Below are positions 1 through 11,327 of a DNA stretch of 64,000 nt, one piece after another. Under the pieces are notes generated by a model. It did not search any database and was not told the origin of the DNA. It was given only the letters and a program-made list of their open reading frames with translations. Both the position numbers and the translations under genes were made by a program. Source of the stretch: an uncultured Gemmatimonadaceae bacterium (lineage in GTDB: Bacteria; Gemmatimonadota; Gemmatimonadetes; Gemmatimonadales; Gemmatimonadaceae); contig CAVVTZ010000014.1 in the NCBI GenBank assembly GCA_963751275.1, positions 69,940 through 133,939 of the forward strand, written 5' to 3'. How positions within the stretch are numbered: position 1 is the stretch's first letter; each line of letters starts with the position of its first letter.

Positions 1-932
1 ACCAGAGCGGAATGAGCGGGAGCGCGAGCAGCGCCGCGGCGATGATCGTGCGCCGTCGGCCGAAGCGCTGCGAGAACACGCCGAACGTCACGCCGCCCAC
101 GATGGCGCCGATGTTGGCGATGATCGCGATGAGGCTCACCGTGTGCGTGGGGAGCGCGCGCTGCGACTGCAGGAACGTCGGATACAGATCCTGCGTGCCG
201 TGGCTGAAGAAGTTGAACGCCGTCATCAGCAGCACGACGTACGCGAACAAGCCGGCGCGCTGCTTCAACACCGCGCCGAGCGTGCGCCGCGGCCGCTCGC
301 GCAGCTGCCGCCACGCCGGCGACTCGTCCACGTGGCGGCGGATGAAGAGCACGAGCAGCGCCGGCAGCACCCCCACCATGAACATCCCGCGCCAGCCGAT
401 CCGGTCGAACAACAGGCCGTACGTCACCGCGGCCAGCAGGTAGCCGCACGCATAGCCCTGCTGCAGACACGCCCGACGCCAATCCGCGCGCCCGCGCGGG
501 AATGGTTTCCATCGTGAGCGCCGCGCCGATCCCCCATTCGCCGCCCATCGCGAAGCCGAACGCCGCGCGCAGCACGAGCAGCGCCACGAGGGTCGGCGCG
601 AACGCCGAGGCGAGTTCGAGCACGGAGAACAACATGATGTCCACCATGAGCACGGGCCGCCGCCCATAGCGGTCCGCGAGCAGGCCGAACACCAGCGCGC
701 CCAGCGGGCGCATCGCGAGCGTGAGCGTGATGCCGAACGCGACGGCCTTCACATCGGTGCCGAACTCCGCCGCCACGGCGCGGAGGATGAACACCATGAG
801 GAAGAAGTCGAAGGCATCGAGCGTCCAGCCCAAGAAGCTCGCGGTGAACGCGTTGCGCTGGCGGCGGTCCAGGATCCGCCACGTGTCGAGCAGCCCCAGG
901 GGCTGTTCGGCCGGCTCGGCGCCCGCGCTCAC
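1..932 (-). CDS. MFS transporter (sialate/lactate:H+ symporter-like), runs off window, frameshift near 470
   Basis: Manual translation from GTG 932: NAFTASFLGWTLDAFDFFLMVF...ADRYGRRP...GMGGEW; GTGA overlap with pbpC stop. Confidence 0.85.
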   Translation of the reverse strand, partial: MSAGAEPAEQPLGLLDTWRILDRRQRNAFTASFLGWTLDAFDFFLMVFILRAVAAEFGTDVKAVAFGITLTLAMRPLGALVFGLLADRYGRRPVLMVDIMLFSVLELASAFAPTLVALLVLRAAFGFAMGGEWGIGAALTMETIPARARGLASGVSAAGLCVRLPAGRGDVRPVVRPDRLARDVHGGGAAGAARALHPPPRGRVAGVAAAARAAAAHARRGVEAARRLVRVRRAADDGVQLLQPRHAGSVSDVPAVAARAPHAHGEPHRDHRQHRRHRGRRDVRRVLAALRPTAHDHRRGAARAPAHSAL

Positions 933-3280
933 TCCACCTCGACGCGCACTTCGTCGTGTGCGCCCACGGCGTCGCGCGCGCGTCCGCCGGCCACCGCGCG
1001 GATCACGTGCGTGCCGGGCTCGAGCGTGAGGCGCGCGCTCGAGGTGGCGCGGCCATCGATGTACCACGCCACCGGCTCGCCGGGCGGCGCGCCCGCCGTG
1101 AGCAGCGCGACCGTCGCGTAGCGCGGCGGCACGCCGGGCGGAATGGAGAATCGATCGCCGTTCCGCGGCGAGACGATGCGGAATCCGCCCGGCTCGCTCG
1201 CCGCCTCGCGCTGCAGCGCCGCGGCCGGCCGCGCACCCGATGCCTGCGCCGCCTGCGCGGCCCATTCCGCATACATCGCCGGCAAGGTCAGGACGCCGTC
1301 ACGATGCCAATCGCACTCCGCGCGCGGCGCCGTGCCCGGCGCGAACCACTCGGTGATGCGCGGACACGCCGGCCCCGCCAGCATCCCCGACACCGCGCAG
1401 ATCTCCACCGCCATCGCCCCCACCGCCTCGGGCCGCACGAGATCCCCCGGCGGCATCCGGTTCGCCACCAGCAGCATCGCATGCGCGAGCAGCGGCCCCG
1501 CACCGGCCACGCCGCTCACGCCTTCCATCGGATGCCCGTTGAAATTCCCCACCCACACGGCCACGGTGAATCCCGCGGTGACGCCAACCGCCCAGTTGTC
1601 GGTGAAGTGGCGGCTCGTGCCCGTCTTCACGGCGGCTCGGAAGGGAAAGTCGAAGGGCGTCGCGTCGCCGAATCCCGGCGCGCGCGCGTTGGCATCGGAG
1701 AGCATGTCGAGCACGAGCGCCGCGGAGCGCGCGGACATCACGCGCGTTCCCTGCACCGCGCCGGGCCCGCCGCCGTCGGCGGTGATGCGCAGCGGCTGCC
1801 ATACGCCGCCATTCGCCAGTGAGCGGTACGCGTTCGCCAATTCGATGAGCGTGACATTGCCATCGCCGAGTGCGAGGCCCAGGCCATAGTATTCGGGCGA
1901 ACGCGTGAGCGAGGAGAAACCCGCGGCGTGCAGGGTGCGCAGGAAGGCCGCTGGTCCCACCTGCGTCACCAGTTCCACCGCCGGCACATTGTACGACGAC
2001 GCGAGCGCTACGCGCGCGCGCACGGGCCCGTGGTACTGGTGATCGTAATTGCGCGGATGATAGGGGCCGGTGGATGTCGCGTAGCTGTGCGCGATGTCGG
2101 CGATGATCGTGGCGGGCGTCGCGCCGCGGTCGAAGGCGAGCCCGTACAGGAAGGGCTTGAGCGCCGAGCCCGGCTGGCGCGCGGACACCACCATGTCCGT
2201 CTGTCCCGCGGTGTCCGCCCAGAAATCGGGAGAGCCGACCCACGCGAGCACGGCGCCGGTGGCGTTGTCGATCACGACGGCCGCCGCGTGCTCTACGCCG
2301 CGATCGCGCAGCGACATCACCGTGGCGCGCACTTCGGACTCGATCGCCGTCTGCAGCGCGAGATCGAGCGACGTGCGCACGGTGCCCACCGGCGCACATC
2401 CACTCCGCGTGATCAGGAACTCGTGCTCCACCGCGTCGGGCTCCGCGTCATCGCGCCCGCAGGCGCTGCCGTCGTCCAAGAGCGCGAGCGCGCGCGTCGT
2501 GAAGTGCGGCGCGAGGAACAACGCCCCCGCGCGCGCCGCCGCCAGCGGCTCGGCGCGCGCCTTCAGCACCTCGCCGGGCGTCGCATACCCCACCGCCTCC
2601 AGCCGTGCGAGCGCGAATGCCCGCCGCGCCGCCGCACGCGACGCCGACACGATCGGATTGTCGCGGCTCGGCGCGTGCGCGATCCCCGCCATCATCGCCG
2701 CCTGCGCAAGACTCACGTCGCCGGCGTCCGCGTCGAAATACGTCGATGCCGCCGCGCCAACGCCGATCACCCCCTGCCCCAGCTCCACGCGATTGAGATA
2801 GCGCTCCAGGATCTCCTGCTTCGTGAGATGCGCCTCGAGCCGCAGCGCCCAGAATACCTGGCGCACTTTGCCAGCCACGTCGCGCGGCGACGGCCGCACC
2901 AGCCGCGCGAGCTGCATCGTGATGGTCGATCCGCCCGACACCACGCGCCGCTGCATTGCGTTGTCGCGCGCGGCGCGCAGCGCGCCGATCCAGTCCACGC
3001 CGTGGTGCGAGAAGAAGCGCTTGTCTTCCACCGCGATGAACGCCGCGATGATGTCGGGATCGATCTGCGCCAGCGGCATCCAGCGCACGCGGCTGCCGCC
3101 TTCGGCGCGCGTGGTGCGAAGCTCCACGCCTTCGCGGTCGGTGAGCGTGATGCCGTTGCCGGTCGCGAGCTCCGGCCGCCGCACGTCGGCCGGCAGCGGC
3201 AGCGCGATCCACACCGCCGCGCTCACCGCCATCGCGCCGGCGAAGATGACGGCACCCCACGCGAACCGTCGCGCGGTCAC
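929..3280 (-). CDS. pbpC: Penicillin-binding protein 1C
   Basis: EDKRF, GGSTITMQL transglycosylase motifs; SALK, SYN, KTGT transpeptidase motifs; downstream of A2M with GTGA overlap. Confidence 0.95.
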   Translation of the reverse strand: MTARRFAWGAVIFAGAMAVSAAVWIALPLPADVRRPELATGNGITLTDREGVELRTTRAEGGSRVRWMPLAQIDPDIIAAFIAVEDKRFFSHHGVDWIGALRAARDNAMQRRVVSGGSTITMQLARLVRPSPRDVAGKVRQVFWALRLEAHLTKQEILERYLNRVELGQGVIGVGAAASTYFDADAGDVSLAQAAMMAGIAHAPSRDNPIVSASRAAARRAFALARLEAVGYATPGEVLKARAEPLAAARAGALFLAPHFTTRALALLDDGSACGRDDAEPDAVEHEFLITRSGCAPVGTVRTSLDLALQTAIESEVRATVMSLRDRGVEHAAAVVIDNATGAVLAWVGSPDFWADTAGQTDMVVSARQPGSALKPFLYGLAFDRGATPATIIADIAHSYATSTGPYHPRNYDHQYHGPVRARVALASSYNVPAVELVTQVGPAAFLRTLHAAGFSSLTRSPEYYGLGLALGDGNVTLIELANAYRSLANGGVWQPLRITADGGGPGAVQGTRVMSARSAALVLDMLSDANARAPGFGDATPFDFPFRAAVKTGTSRHFTDNWAVGVTAGFTVAVWVGNFNGHPMEGVSGVAGAGPLLAHAMLLVANRMPPGDLVRPEAVGAMAVEICAVSGMLAGPACPRITEWFAPGTAPRAECDWHRDGVLTLPAMYAEWAAQAAQASGARPAAALQREAASEPGGFRIVSPRNGDRFSIPPGVPPRYATVALLTAGAPPGEPVAWYIDGRATSSARLTLEPGTHVIRAVAGGRARDAVGAHDEVRVEVE

Positions 3281-6200
3281 GGTGCCTTCTTCGTGACGGT
3301 GAAGAGCCCGCCGTCGCTCCGGCCGTGCACCGCGGGATTGTACATCTCCTCCGCGTGCGCGGGCGGCCGCACGAAGACGCCCGGCGTCGTCGCGCGCGCG
3401 ATGTAGCTCGCGGTATACGTGCCGCGCCAGAGATACGTCGCGAAATAGACCACGCGGTCGTCGCGCATCTCGCGATGATCGAAGGGCGACCACCAGCCGC
3501 CGTCCCACCATCCATAGTACCACCAACTCTCGCCGCCCCCCTCGCGCTCCATGTCCTGCTGATCCTCTCCGCGCTGCCGCTCGCGCTCGGCGCTGCCGGG
3601 CCCCGCGCCGATCGCGCTCGTGCGCAGCGACAGGTCCACCGCCTCGAGGCCCGCGGGGAGCGCGTCGTCGAGCACCACGAACTCCCGGTCGGTGGGCACG
3701 GTGATGCGCAGCCGCACGCGCACGAGATCGCCCTCGGCCACGCTCACGGTGGGCTTCCCGCCGTCGAACGACTCGTACCAGCGCTCCACCTGGATACCGG
3801 CCTGATCCGGCGTGACCGGGCGCTTGAGCGGCACCTCGCTCACGGTGAGGAAATAGTACGCGACCCCCTGCGACGTCTCGCCCGGTGAATCGAGCGACAG
3901 GATCAGCGGACGCGTATCGCCGGTAGTGGAGCCGAGCAGCCCGTGCAGCGTGAGCGACGAGTCCTTCGGCAGGCGCGACAGCGGCGCCGGCGACGTGCCC
4001 GGCTTCACCACCACCGCCACCGGCCCATTCTTCGCCGCGACATTGAGCAGCACCTGATTGCCCGCGCCGCCGCGCACGCGTACCCGGCGCGACGCGGAGC
4101 CGTTCGTGACCCGCTCGAACGTCGCGAGCGCGCTCACCGCCGACGCGAGGTCCTGGCCGCTCCAATACCATCCGCTCGCGCCGGCGCCGCTGATCTGCGC
4201 GAGGGACTCGACCATCGGCGCGATGAGCGGGTTCGTCTTGTCGATGAGCACGGTGGCCACGAGCAGGCGCGCCATTGGCCGCATGCGCGACGAGAAGTAG
4301 AAGTTCGTGCGCACCGAATCCGGCAGCGCAGCCTTGCGTCCTTCCACGGTGACCAGCGCCCAGGCCGGCATCATCAATTGCCGCGCCGTGACCAGGTCGC
4401 CGCGGCGCGCGATCATCTCGGCGAGGCGCAAGCGGTCCTCGAAGGATATCTGCGCCGCGTTCCGCAGCAGCGAATTCTCCGTGGGCACGTCCGCCTTGCC
4501 CATGCGGCTGAGCAGGTCGGCCGCGGCCACCTGGTCGCCCAGCGCCGTCCATCGCTCTCCATAGTAGTTCGATACCGGCACGTTCAGCGTCTGCGGCGCG
4601 CGCATCGCGTCGCCGAGGTACTTCGCGAGCCGCGCCATCACCGAATCGTCCACCGCGACGCCGACGCTCTTCGCATCCACGAGCACTTCGCCGGCGTATG
4701 CGCTCAGCCACGGCGTGGTCCAGTCGGTGGACGACCAGTAACCGATGCCGCCGTCTCCGCGCTGCCGCGCACTGAGCACTTCGACGGCCTTCTCGATCTC
4801 GCGCTTCGGATCGCCGCGTACGATCGAGTCGGCCGGGATCGTCTTGCCCAGCGCGCGCTGCGCCTGATAGAGCGCGATGAGCACGCGCGCCTCGCTGCTC
4901 ACCTGCTCGCTGCAGTCGTACGGATAGACTTCCATCTGCCAGTAGGCCGCGCGCACGAGCGCGAGCGGCGACGGGCCCACGCTCAGGTACAAGCGCGAGC
5001 GGTCGGGATCGATGCCGGCCGGCAGCGTGAACACCGCCGTCGCCGTGTCGGTGAGCACGCCCGCGATCGTGTACGAGCGCGGATGATAGTCCGGCTTGAT
5101 CGGCACGCGCACGCGCACCGCGTCCGCGTTGGTGCCGTCGGTGACATCGAAGCGGAAGCTCGCGCTGTCGCCCTGCCCCGGCGGGATGCTCGCCGTGCCG
5201 GGCAGCGCGCGGAATCCGAAGCGCACTTCGCGCCCGCGCCCCTGCTCCAGCGTCACCGTCTGATCCGCCGGCGTGGTGAGCGTGATGTTCTCCGCCGACG
5301 CGGTCACCTTCACCGTGGGCGTGCCGCCCGCGCGCTGGTTGATCACCGCGCCCGCGGCGAACTCGTCGGCCGCGCGCACGAAGCGCGGCAGCGCCGGCCG
5401 CGCGAGCAGCGGCCGCGTCACCAGCATCGGCGACTGTCCGCTGCCGTAGCGGTCGCCCTGCGTCACGGCCACCGCCATCACGCGGAAGGTCGTGAGATTG
5501 TCCGGCAGCTTCGCGCGCGCTGTTGCCGCGCCGGTGGAATCGGTGATCACCGATCCCAGGAAGAACGCCGTCGTGCGGAAGCGCGAGCGCAGCACGCCCG
5601 CGAGCGCGGCGCCACCGCCGCCGCCGGGCTCGCGCCCGCCCTTGAGCCCCTCCGGGATCTGCGGCGCCACCGCCACGAGATTGCTCGCGAGCCGCATCCC
5701 GATCCCGCGCTCCGCGAAGAGCAGATCGATCGGATCGGGCGTCTTGTAACCCGTCAACGCGAGCACCCCTTCGTCCACCGCCCAGAGAGTGACCTCGGCG
5801 CGCTGCCCCTTCCCCTTCGCATCGCGCACCATGATCGCCACGCGAGCCGTATCGCCGGGGCGGTATTCGGTCTTCGTCGGGATCGCGTCCACCTTGAGCC
5901 GCTTCATCTCCGGTGTCACGCGCAGCTCCGCGTAGCCCACGCGAATGGTGGGACGCCCCGGATCATCCGCCGGCCCGCGCGGCGCCGAGCGCCCGCGCGC
6001 CACCACGATCGACACGAACGCGTTCGGCGCGTACGCCTCGGTGATCGGGAACTTGAGCTTCGTCGCCCCCGACGTGATGGTGAACCGCCGCTGCTCGATG
6101 ATCCCCTCGCGCTCCACCGTGACCCAGGCTTCCGCGTTCGTGAACGGCGCCGCGAACATCACGCTCGCGGTGTCGCCCACGCTGTAGCGCGCCTTGTCGG

Positions 6201-9135
6201 GGATCACGTCCATTTTGAATTGCGACTCGTCGTTCCACGGCACCCAATCGCTGCCCGTGGCCCAGCGGTTGAACGACGTCTCGGCGACGCGTCCCTGGGC
6301 ATCCGTGGCGTTGAACGTCACCGCGTACTCACCGCCCCCCGGCGGCGTGAACGTGCACGATGCCGCCGGCGCCGCGGTAGTCGCGTCGCAATGCGCCACC
6401 GTGTCCGACACCCAATCGCCCACGGTCTCGGTGATGCCGTCGCGAACGCGCCGCACCTGGTGCCACTCCTTGCGCACCACGATCCCCTTCACGCTCACGC
6501 CGGGCACGCGCGTGCCGTTCGAGCGCGCCGCGATGATCTCCACCTTCACCGGTGTGCCCGCGGTCCAGAACCACGAGTCGCCGAGCGGCCGCACGCCAAT
6601 GTAGAACGACGCGGGCTGCACGGTGAACGAGGTGCTCGCGCCCACCACCTGTCGGTTCACGTCGGTCACCACCGCCTCGACCGTCACGCGGGCGGCGCGC
6701 CCCTTGTCCGTGGCCGGCAGCGTGATGGTGAGCGCGCGCTGCCCAGTCAGGTCCAGGGTGTCCACGCCGCTGCCCAGGAAGTTCGACTTCCCGCGCTCGC
6801 TGTCCTCCTCCCACCACCAGCCGTTGTCGCCGAAGACGAATCCCTCGGTGCCGGGAATGTCCACGCTCCACACCGGCCGCTGCGTCGCGGTCCACGTCAC
6901 CACCGCGCGTCCCATCGGCGCGCCGAAGAGATAGCGCGCCTGCACCACCGGCCGCACGGTGTCGCCGGGGAAGTGCTGCGTACTATCGCCGGAGAGCTGC
7001 ACCAGGAATTGCGGTGGCCGGTATTCAGCCACGCGGAAGTTCGTGCGCGCGAGACTGCCCCATTTCTTCCCCTGTTTCCGCTCGACGTCCACTCCATAGT
7101 AGCCGAGCGCCGCGTTCGCGGGGATCGCGAAGGTGGTGCTCGCGGTGCCGAACGCCGAGAGCTTCGCCGTGCGCGTCCGGATGATCGCGTCCTCGCGGTC
7201 GCGGAAGACCCAGCGCACCGAGTCGCCCTTGGGCGGCACCGTGAGGGCGCCGAGCGGTCCGACGCGCGCGATGGCCTTGGCGTACACCGTTTCGCCGGGG
7301 CGATAGATGCCGCGCTCGGTGAAGACTGCACCGGCCTGCAGCTTGCGGTCATCGCCGGTGGCCGCGGAGAGGTTGAAGCGCCACGGACTGAGATCGGGAT
7401 CCCATTCGCTGATCGCGACCACCGCGCGATCCATGCCGAGCGAGGCGGCGACGTAGCCCTCGAAGCTGGTGTACGACTCTTCCGCGTCGTCCTCGTTGCC
7501 GGTGGCCGCCGGATCCTCGGGCGGCTTGTAGCCGGTGAGCCGCGCGAGCCCGGACGAATCCGTGGTGGCGCGCGCGACGGAGCGGCCCTTGTGGTCGTAC
7601 AGCACCACCGCCGCGCCGGCGCGCGGCTTCCCATCGTTCACGCCGGTCACCCACACCATCCCCTCGGCGGCGCCGATCTTCGCGTGCACCGCGAGGTCCG
7701 TCACCTGTATGAGCGCCACCGGCGCCTCGGCATCCTGCTCGGCTGCCTCTTTGGGCGTCTGCACTTTGATCGCCATCAGCGTGGCCGCGTTCGCGCTCCG
7801 CTGATTGATGATGGGCAGCTTGAGGTTCGTGACGAGCCCGCGGTCCACGGGCGAGGCGACCGGAATGCGCTGCACCGAAGCATGTCCGGTCTTGCGCGCG
7901 TCCGGCCAGAGATCGCGATAGCTCCAGTTCGCGCGGCTCAGCCATTTCGCTTCCATCGAATCCGGGATCTCCACCGTCGTCACGACTAGCGTGTCGACGT
8001 TGATGCTCTGGATCGCGAGCGTGGGATAGGTGCTGCGCTCCACCACGAGGCGGCCGAAGGGATACTTGATCGCCGCTTCGTAGCCGGTGGTCTGGAAGCC
8101 GACGGCCGGATTGCCCACGAGCCGCTGGCCGAAGATGTCGCGCAGCGAGGTGTCGGCGACGATCGCGTACACCGTGCGCGGCTTGAGCCGCGCCTCGAGG
8201 ACCCAGATCTGGCTCTCGGAGGCGGTGTCGCGCAGCGTGAACTTCACCGGCGGGAGGATCTTCACCGAGCGCGCGACGTCGGCGCCCTTCACCGGCGTTG
8301 AGAAGGTGAGGAACGCCGGGCCCGTGGGGCAATCGCGATCGCCGCAGCCGGACTTCGCGATCGTGAGCGCGCCGTGGATCGCGAAGGGCCATGCGGTGAA
8401 CTTGGTGCCCTCGGGCGAACCGAGCTCCTCCGGCACGCGCAGCACGCCGTTGCATCCCACCGCGAACGGCCCGGGCGGCGCGAGCAGCACCACGCGGCGC
8501 ATGGAGTCCGCGCCGCGCTCGCGCTGCCATCCGCCGGCGTTGCGGTAGGTCCAATCATCCTTGTCCGTGATCGCGCGCTGCTTCACCACCTGGAGCCGCA
8601 CGACGCGCGGCGCCGGGCACGCCGCACTGAGCTCGACCGTCGCCATGTTCGAGAGCTGCGCTGAATCCACAGGCGCGCTGTACACCACTTCGAAGCGCGT
8701 GTCCTGCGGCAGGTTCTCGTTCAGATGGTTGTAGCCCGACGCCGGCGATCCCGTGAGCGCCGTGGCGCCGCGTACGCGGAAGGTGAACGTGTACGGCGAC
8801 GCGAGGCGCCCGCCGTCCATCGCCTTGAAATTGTTCGCGACGGTCACGGTGTACGTCGTGTTCGGCGGGAGATACCCGGACGGCGTGAGGCGGATCGTCA
8901 CCGGATCGCGCCACTCGATGCGTCCCGCGATCGCGGGACTCACGCTGAGGATCGACTCGGCCGCCACTGTGTAGTCGAGCGAGCCGGCCACGGGACGATC
9001 GAAGGTCACCGTGATGTTCGTCGCCGGCGATGCGACAGCATCGGGCGACGTGCGAAGAACGTGCAGCTCGGGATCCGCTCCCGAACGCAACGCTGCCGCG
9101 ACCGCCAACGCGAGAGTGAGACGCGTGGTGATCAC
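3277..9135 (-). CDS. Bacterial alpha-2-macroglobulin with N-terminal Ig-like domains
   Basis: 1952 aa; TERGIYRPG, LWAVDEGVL, thioester YPYDCSEQ, C-terminal AEEMY; coupled to pbpC. Confidence 0.95.
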   Translation of the reverse strand: MITTRLTLALAVAAALRSGADPELHVLRTSPDAVASPATNITVTFDRPVAGSLDYTVAAESILSVSPAIAGRIEWRDPVTIRLTPSGYLPPNTTYTVTVANNFKAMDGGRLASPYTFTFRVRGATALTGSPASGYNHLNENLPQDTRFEVVYSAPVDSAQLSNMATVELSAACPAPRVVRLQVVKQRAITDKDDWTYRNAGGWQRERGADSMRRVVLLAPPGPFAVGCNGVLRVPEELGSPEGTKFTAWPFAIHGALTIAKSGCGDRDCPTGPAFLTFSTPVKGADVARSVKILPPVKFTLRDTASESQIWVLEARLKPRTVYAIVADTSLRDIFGQRLVGNPAVGFQTTGYEAAIKYPFGRLVVERSTYPTLAIQSINVDTLVVTTVEIPDSMEAKWLSRANWSYRDLWPDARKTGHASVQRIPVASPVDRGLVTNLKLPIINQRSANAATLMAIKVQTPKEAAEQDAEAPVALIQVTDLAVHAKIGAAEGMVWVTGVNDGKPRAGAAVVLYDHKGRSVARATTDSSGLARLTGYKPPEDPAATGNEDDAEESYTSFEGYVAASLGMDRAVVAISEWDPDLSPWRFNLSAATGDDRKLQAGAVFTERGIYRPGETVYAKAIARVGPLGALTVPPKGDSVRWVFRDREDAIIRTRTAKLSAFGTASTTFAIPANAALGYYGVDVERKQGKKWGSLARTNFRVAEYRPPQFLVQLSGDSTQHFPGDTVRPVVQARYLFGAPMGRAVVTWTATQRPVWSVDIPGTEGFVFGDNGWWWEEDSERGKSNFLGSGVDTLDLTGQRALTITLPATDKGRAARVTVEAVVTDVNRQVVGASTSFTVQPASFYIGVRPLGDSWFWTAGTPVKVEIIAARSNGTRVPGVSVKGIVVRKEWHQVRRVRDGITETVGDWVSDTVAHCDATTAAPAASCTFTPPGGGEYAVTFNATDAQGRVAETSFNRWATGSDWVPWNDESQFKMDVIPDKARYSVGDTASVMFAAPFTNAEAWVTVEREGIIEQRRFTITSGATKLKFPITEAYAPNAFVSIVVARGRSAPRGPADDPGRPTIRVGYAELRVTPEMKRLKVDAIPTKTEYRPGDTARVAIMVRDAKGKGQRAEVTLWAVDEGVLALTGYKTPDPIDLLFAERGIGMRLASNLVAVAPQIPEGLKGGREPGGGGGAALAGVLRSRFRTTAFFLGSVITDSTGAATARAKLPDNLTTFRVMAVAVTQGDRYGSGQSPMLVTRPLLARPALPRFVRAADEFAAGAVINQRAGGTPTVKVTASAENITLTTPADQTVTLEQGRGREVRFGFRALPGTASIPPGQGDSASFRFDVTDGTNADAVRVRVPIKPDYHPRSYTIAGVLTDTATAVFTLPAGIDPDRSRLYLSVGPSPLALVRAAYWQMEVYPYDCSEQVSSEARVLIALYQAQRALGKTIPADSIVRGDPKREIEKAVEVLSARQRGDGGIGYWSSTDWTTPWLSAYAGEVLVDAKSVGVAVDDSVMARLAKYLGDAMRAPQTLNVPVSNYYGERWTALGDQVAAADLLSRMGKADVPTENSLLRNAAQISFEDRLRLAEMIARRGDLVTARQLMMPAWALVTVEGRKAALPDSVRTNFYFSSRMRPMARLLVATVLIDKTNPLIAPMVESLAQISGAGASGWYWSGQDLASAVSALATFERVTNGSASRRVRVRGGAGNQVLLNVAAKNGPVAVVVKPGTSPAPLSRLPKDSSLTLHGLLGSTTGDTRPLILSLDSPGETSQGVAYYFLTVSEVPLKRPVTPDQAGIQVERWYESFDGGKPTVSVAEGDLVRVRLRITVPTDREFVVLDDALPAGLEAVDLSLRTSAIGAGPGSAERERQRGEDQQDMEREGGGESWWYYGWWDGGWWSPFDHREMRDDRVVYFATYLWRGTYTASYIARATTPGVFVRPPAHAEEMYNPAVHGRSDGGLFTVTKKAP

Positions 9136-9330
9136 GGCAGTGTTCCTGCAGAACGGATTTTCAACGGGCGGTTCGCCACGGTGCTACGGACTCGCGAAAA
9201 ATGGTGATTGGCGCGCGCACACTATGTGCTATTCGTTCATTCTGCGCAATGCGCAGTTTCGTTCCTATTTCTCGGGCGGCCAGGCGCGACAGGACTTGCC
9301 GAGCGACCCCGAACCGCGCACAATCCCACC

Positions 9331-10299
9331 ATGGCCACCGCCAAGAAGAAACGCCCCGCGAAGAAATCCAAGAAGGCCGGCGCCGCGAAGACCCGCGGGC
9401 TCGAAGCGACCAAGCTCACGAGCACCGCCGCCCCCGCCTCCGTCACCGCCGTCGCGGAGCGAATAGACGCCGACGGCGGCGTGGTGCTCGCCACTTATCG
9501 CGATCCCCTCGGCGGGCGCTGGCAGATGCTGGCCTCGCTGCCCATCGACATGGTGGAGCCCACGCCGTACCAGCGCGACCTCTCCGACGCGCACGTCGCC
9601 CGGCTGGCCGACGCGATCGACAAGCTCGACCGGTTCCTGGATCCCATCGTGGCGGTGCCGGCGCCCGACGGGAAATACTGGTCGCCCAACGGCTACCACC
9701 GGCTGGGGGCGATGCGGCAGCTGGGCGCGAAGGCGATCACCGCGCTGGTGGTGCCCGAGCCCGAGGTCGCGCACCGGATCCTCGCGCTCAATACCGAGAA
9801 GGCGCACAACCTGCGCGAGCGGTCGCTCGAGGTCTCGCGGCTGGCGCAGGCGCTGGCCGAGCTCGACGACCGGCCGGAGAAGGATTACAGCGAGGAGTTC
9901 GAGGAGGCCGCGCTCATCACGCTCGGACTCTGCTACCAGGAGAACGGGCGGTTCTCAGGGGGCGCCTACCACTCGATCCTCAAGCGGATCGATCAGTTCC
10001 TGGGCGCGAAGCTCCCCGCCGCGCTCGAGACGCGGAAGGAGCGCGCCGCCAAGCTGCTCGAACTCAACGAGTACGTGAACACCGCCGTGGCGGGGCTCAA
10101 GGAGAAGGGGCTCGAGAGTCCCTACCTCAAGGCGTTCGTCGTGTCGCGGATCAACTTCCTGCGCTTCGTGAAGGAGAAGCACCCGGATTTCGACTCTACT
10201 ATAGAGAAGCTCCTCAGCTCCGCGAAGAAGTTCAACGTGGGCAACGTGAAGGCCGACCAGGTGGCGCGGAGCGGCGGCGCGCCGAGCAGCGAGGAGTAG
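9331..10299 (+). CDS. ParB-like N-terminal domain protein
   Basis: PTPYQRD...PIV...NGYHRL ParB/Srx-like motifs; Lys-rich N-terminus. Confidence 0.75.
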   Translation: MATAKKKRPAKKSKKAGAAKTRGLEATKLTSTAAPASVTAVAERIDADGGVVLATYRDPLGGRWQMLASLPIDMVEPTPYQRDLSDAHVARLADAIDKLDRFLDPIVAVPAPDGKYWSPNGYHRLGAMRQLGAKAITALVVPEPEVAHRILALNTEKAHNLRERSLEVSRLAQALAELDDRPEKDYSEEFEEAALITLGLCYQENGRFSGGAYHSILKRIDQFLGAKLPAALETRKERAAKLLELNEYVNTAVAGLKEKGLESPYLKAFVVSRINFLRFVKEKHPDFDSTIEKLLSSAKKFNVGNVKADQVARSGGAPSSEE

Positions 10300-10305
10300 G
10301 CGGGG

Positions 10306-11243
10306 TCAGTCCACCGGGATCGCCGCGCCCCAGCTGCCATCGGTCTGCTTCACCGAGTACATGATGGTGATCTTCGTGATGCCTGGTCCACGCATCCGAA
10401 GTAGATCGTCTGGCCGTCGTCCGGCATGCTCGCCTCGGCGGAGAAGGCGCAGCCGGGGATGACCACGACGTCCGGCGTCGTCGTGCAGGTGAGCGCCGTC
10501 ATCTCTGCAGTGCGTGATCCCCTGCGGGCCATTCCAGTACGCGTCGGCGCCCGGGCCGGAGCGCCAGAACTGATCCTCGTCGCCGGTGGTGTTGATGGGC
10601 GCGCCGAGGTCCACGGGGGCGGACCAGACGCCGCCCGACTTCGCGGACATCCAGAGATCCTTGCCGCCCTGTCCGCCGGCGCGGGTGGACATCCAGACGA
10701 GCGTGTCGCCGCCGGGGGTGAGGAACGGATTGTCCTGGACCACGTTGGGGACGTGATCGTTGATCCCCGGGTCGGTGGCCGGCCCCCAGCTGCCGTCCGG
10801 CTGCTTCACCGCGATCACGATGTTGTTCGCGGTGACGCCGTTCCCCTGCAGCCACACAAACGTGTTCCCGTTGTCGATCTCCATGCCGCCGGCGTCGCCG
10901 TAGGGGCCGTTGAGTCCGAGGGCGACCGGTTCGGACCAACCGCCGCCGGCGAGCTTCGTGGCGACGTAGATGTCCGACTCATCCCAGGGATTGTTGCTGT
11001 GGTGGAGTCCGGGGCGGTCGGGGCCGGTGAGCACGGGCGGGTTCGCGCCCGCGCTCTTGATGTACGGCGCGAAGTTGTAGCGCGAGTACATGAAGTAGAG
11101 TCGCTGGCCGTCGCGGGAGATGAAGGGCGAGTCGGACCAGCCGGTGCCCGGTGTTGATCGGCACGGGGGCGGAGGCGGAGTTCGAGTTCGAGCAGGCCGC
11201 GAGTGCGACGATCGCGGCGCCGAGCAGGCATTCGGTGATTCAT
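10306..11243 (-). CDS. PD40/WD40-like beta-propeller lipoprotein (frameshifted)
   Basis: Lipobox-like LAACS; repeats SDSPFISRDGQRLYF, WSAPVDLGAPINT; split across frames. Confidence 0.7.
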
Positions 11244-11327
11244 CGGGGATGCGCGTTTGAGAATGGACTCCGCCCTCTTCGCCCTGTACGAGTCCATCGA
11301 CGCCAGGTTTCGTCTCGCGAAAACGGC

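Noticed and set aside
3943..7989. 1348-aa plus-strand ORF and other long Arg/Ala-rich ORFs
   Set aside because: Antisense shadows of real genes in high-GC DNA, no motifs
929..9135. A2M-pbpC as a novel system
   Set aside because: Well-described conserved operon
9331..10299. ParB as a plasmid or prophage partition marker
   Set aside because: No parA, parS, rep or phage genes nearby
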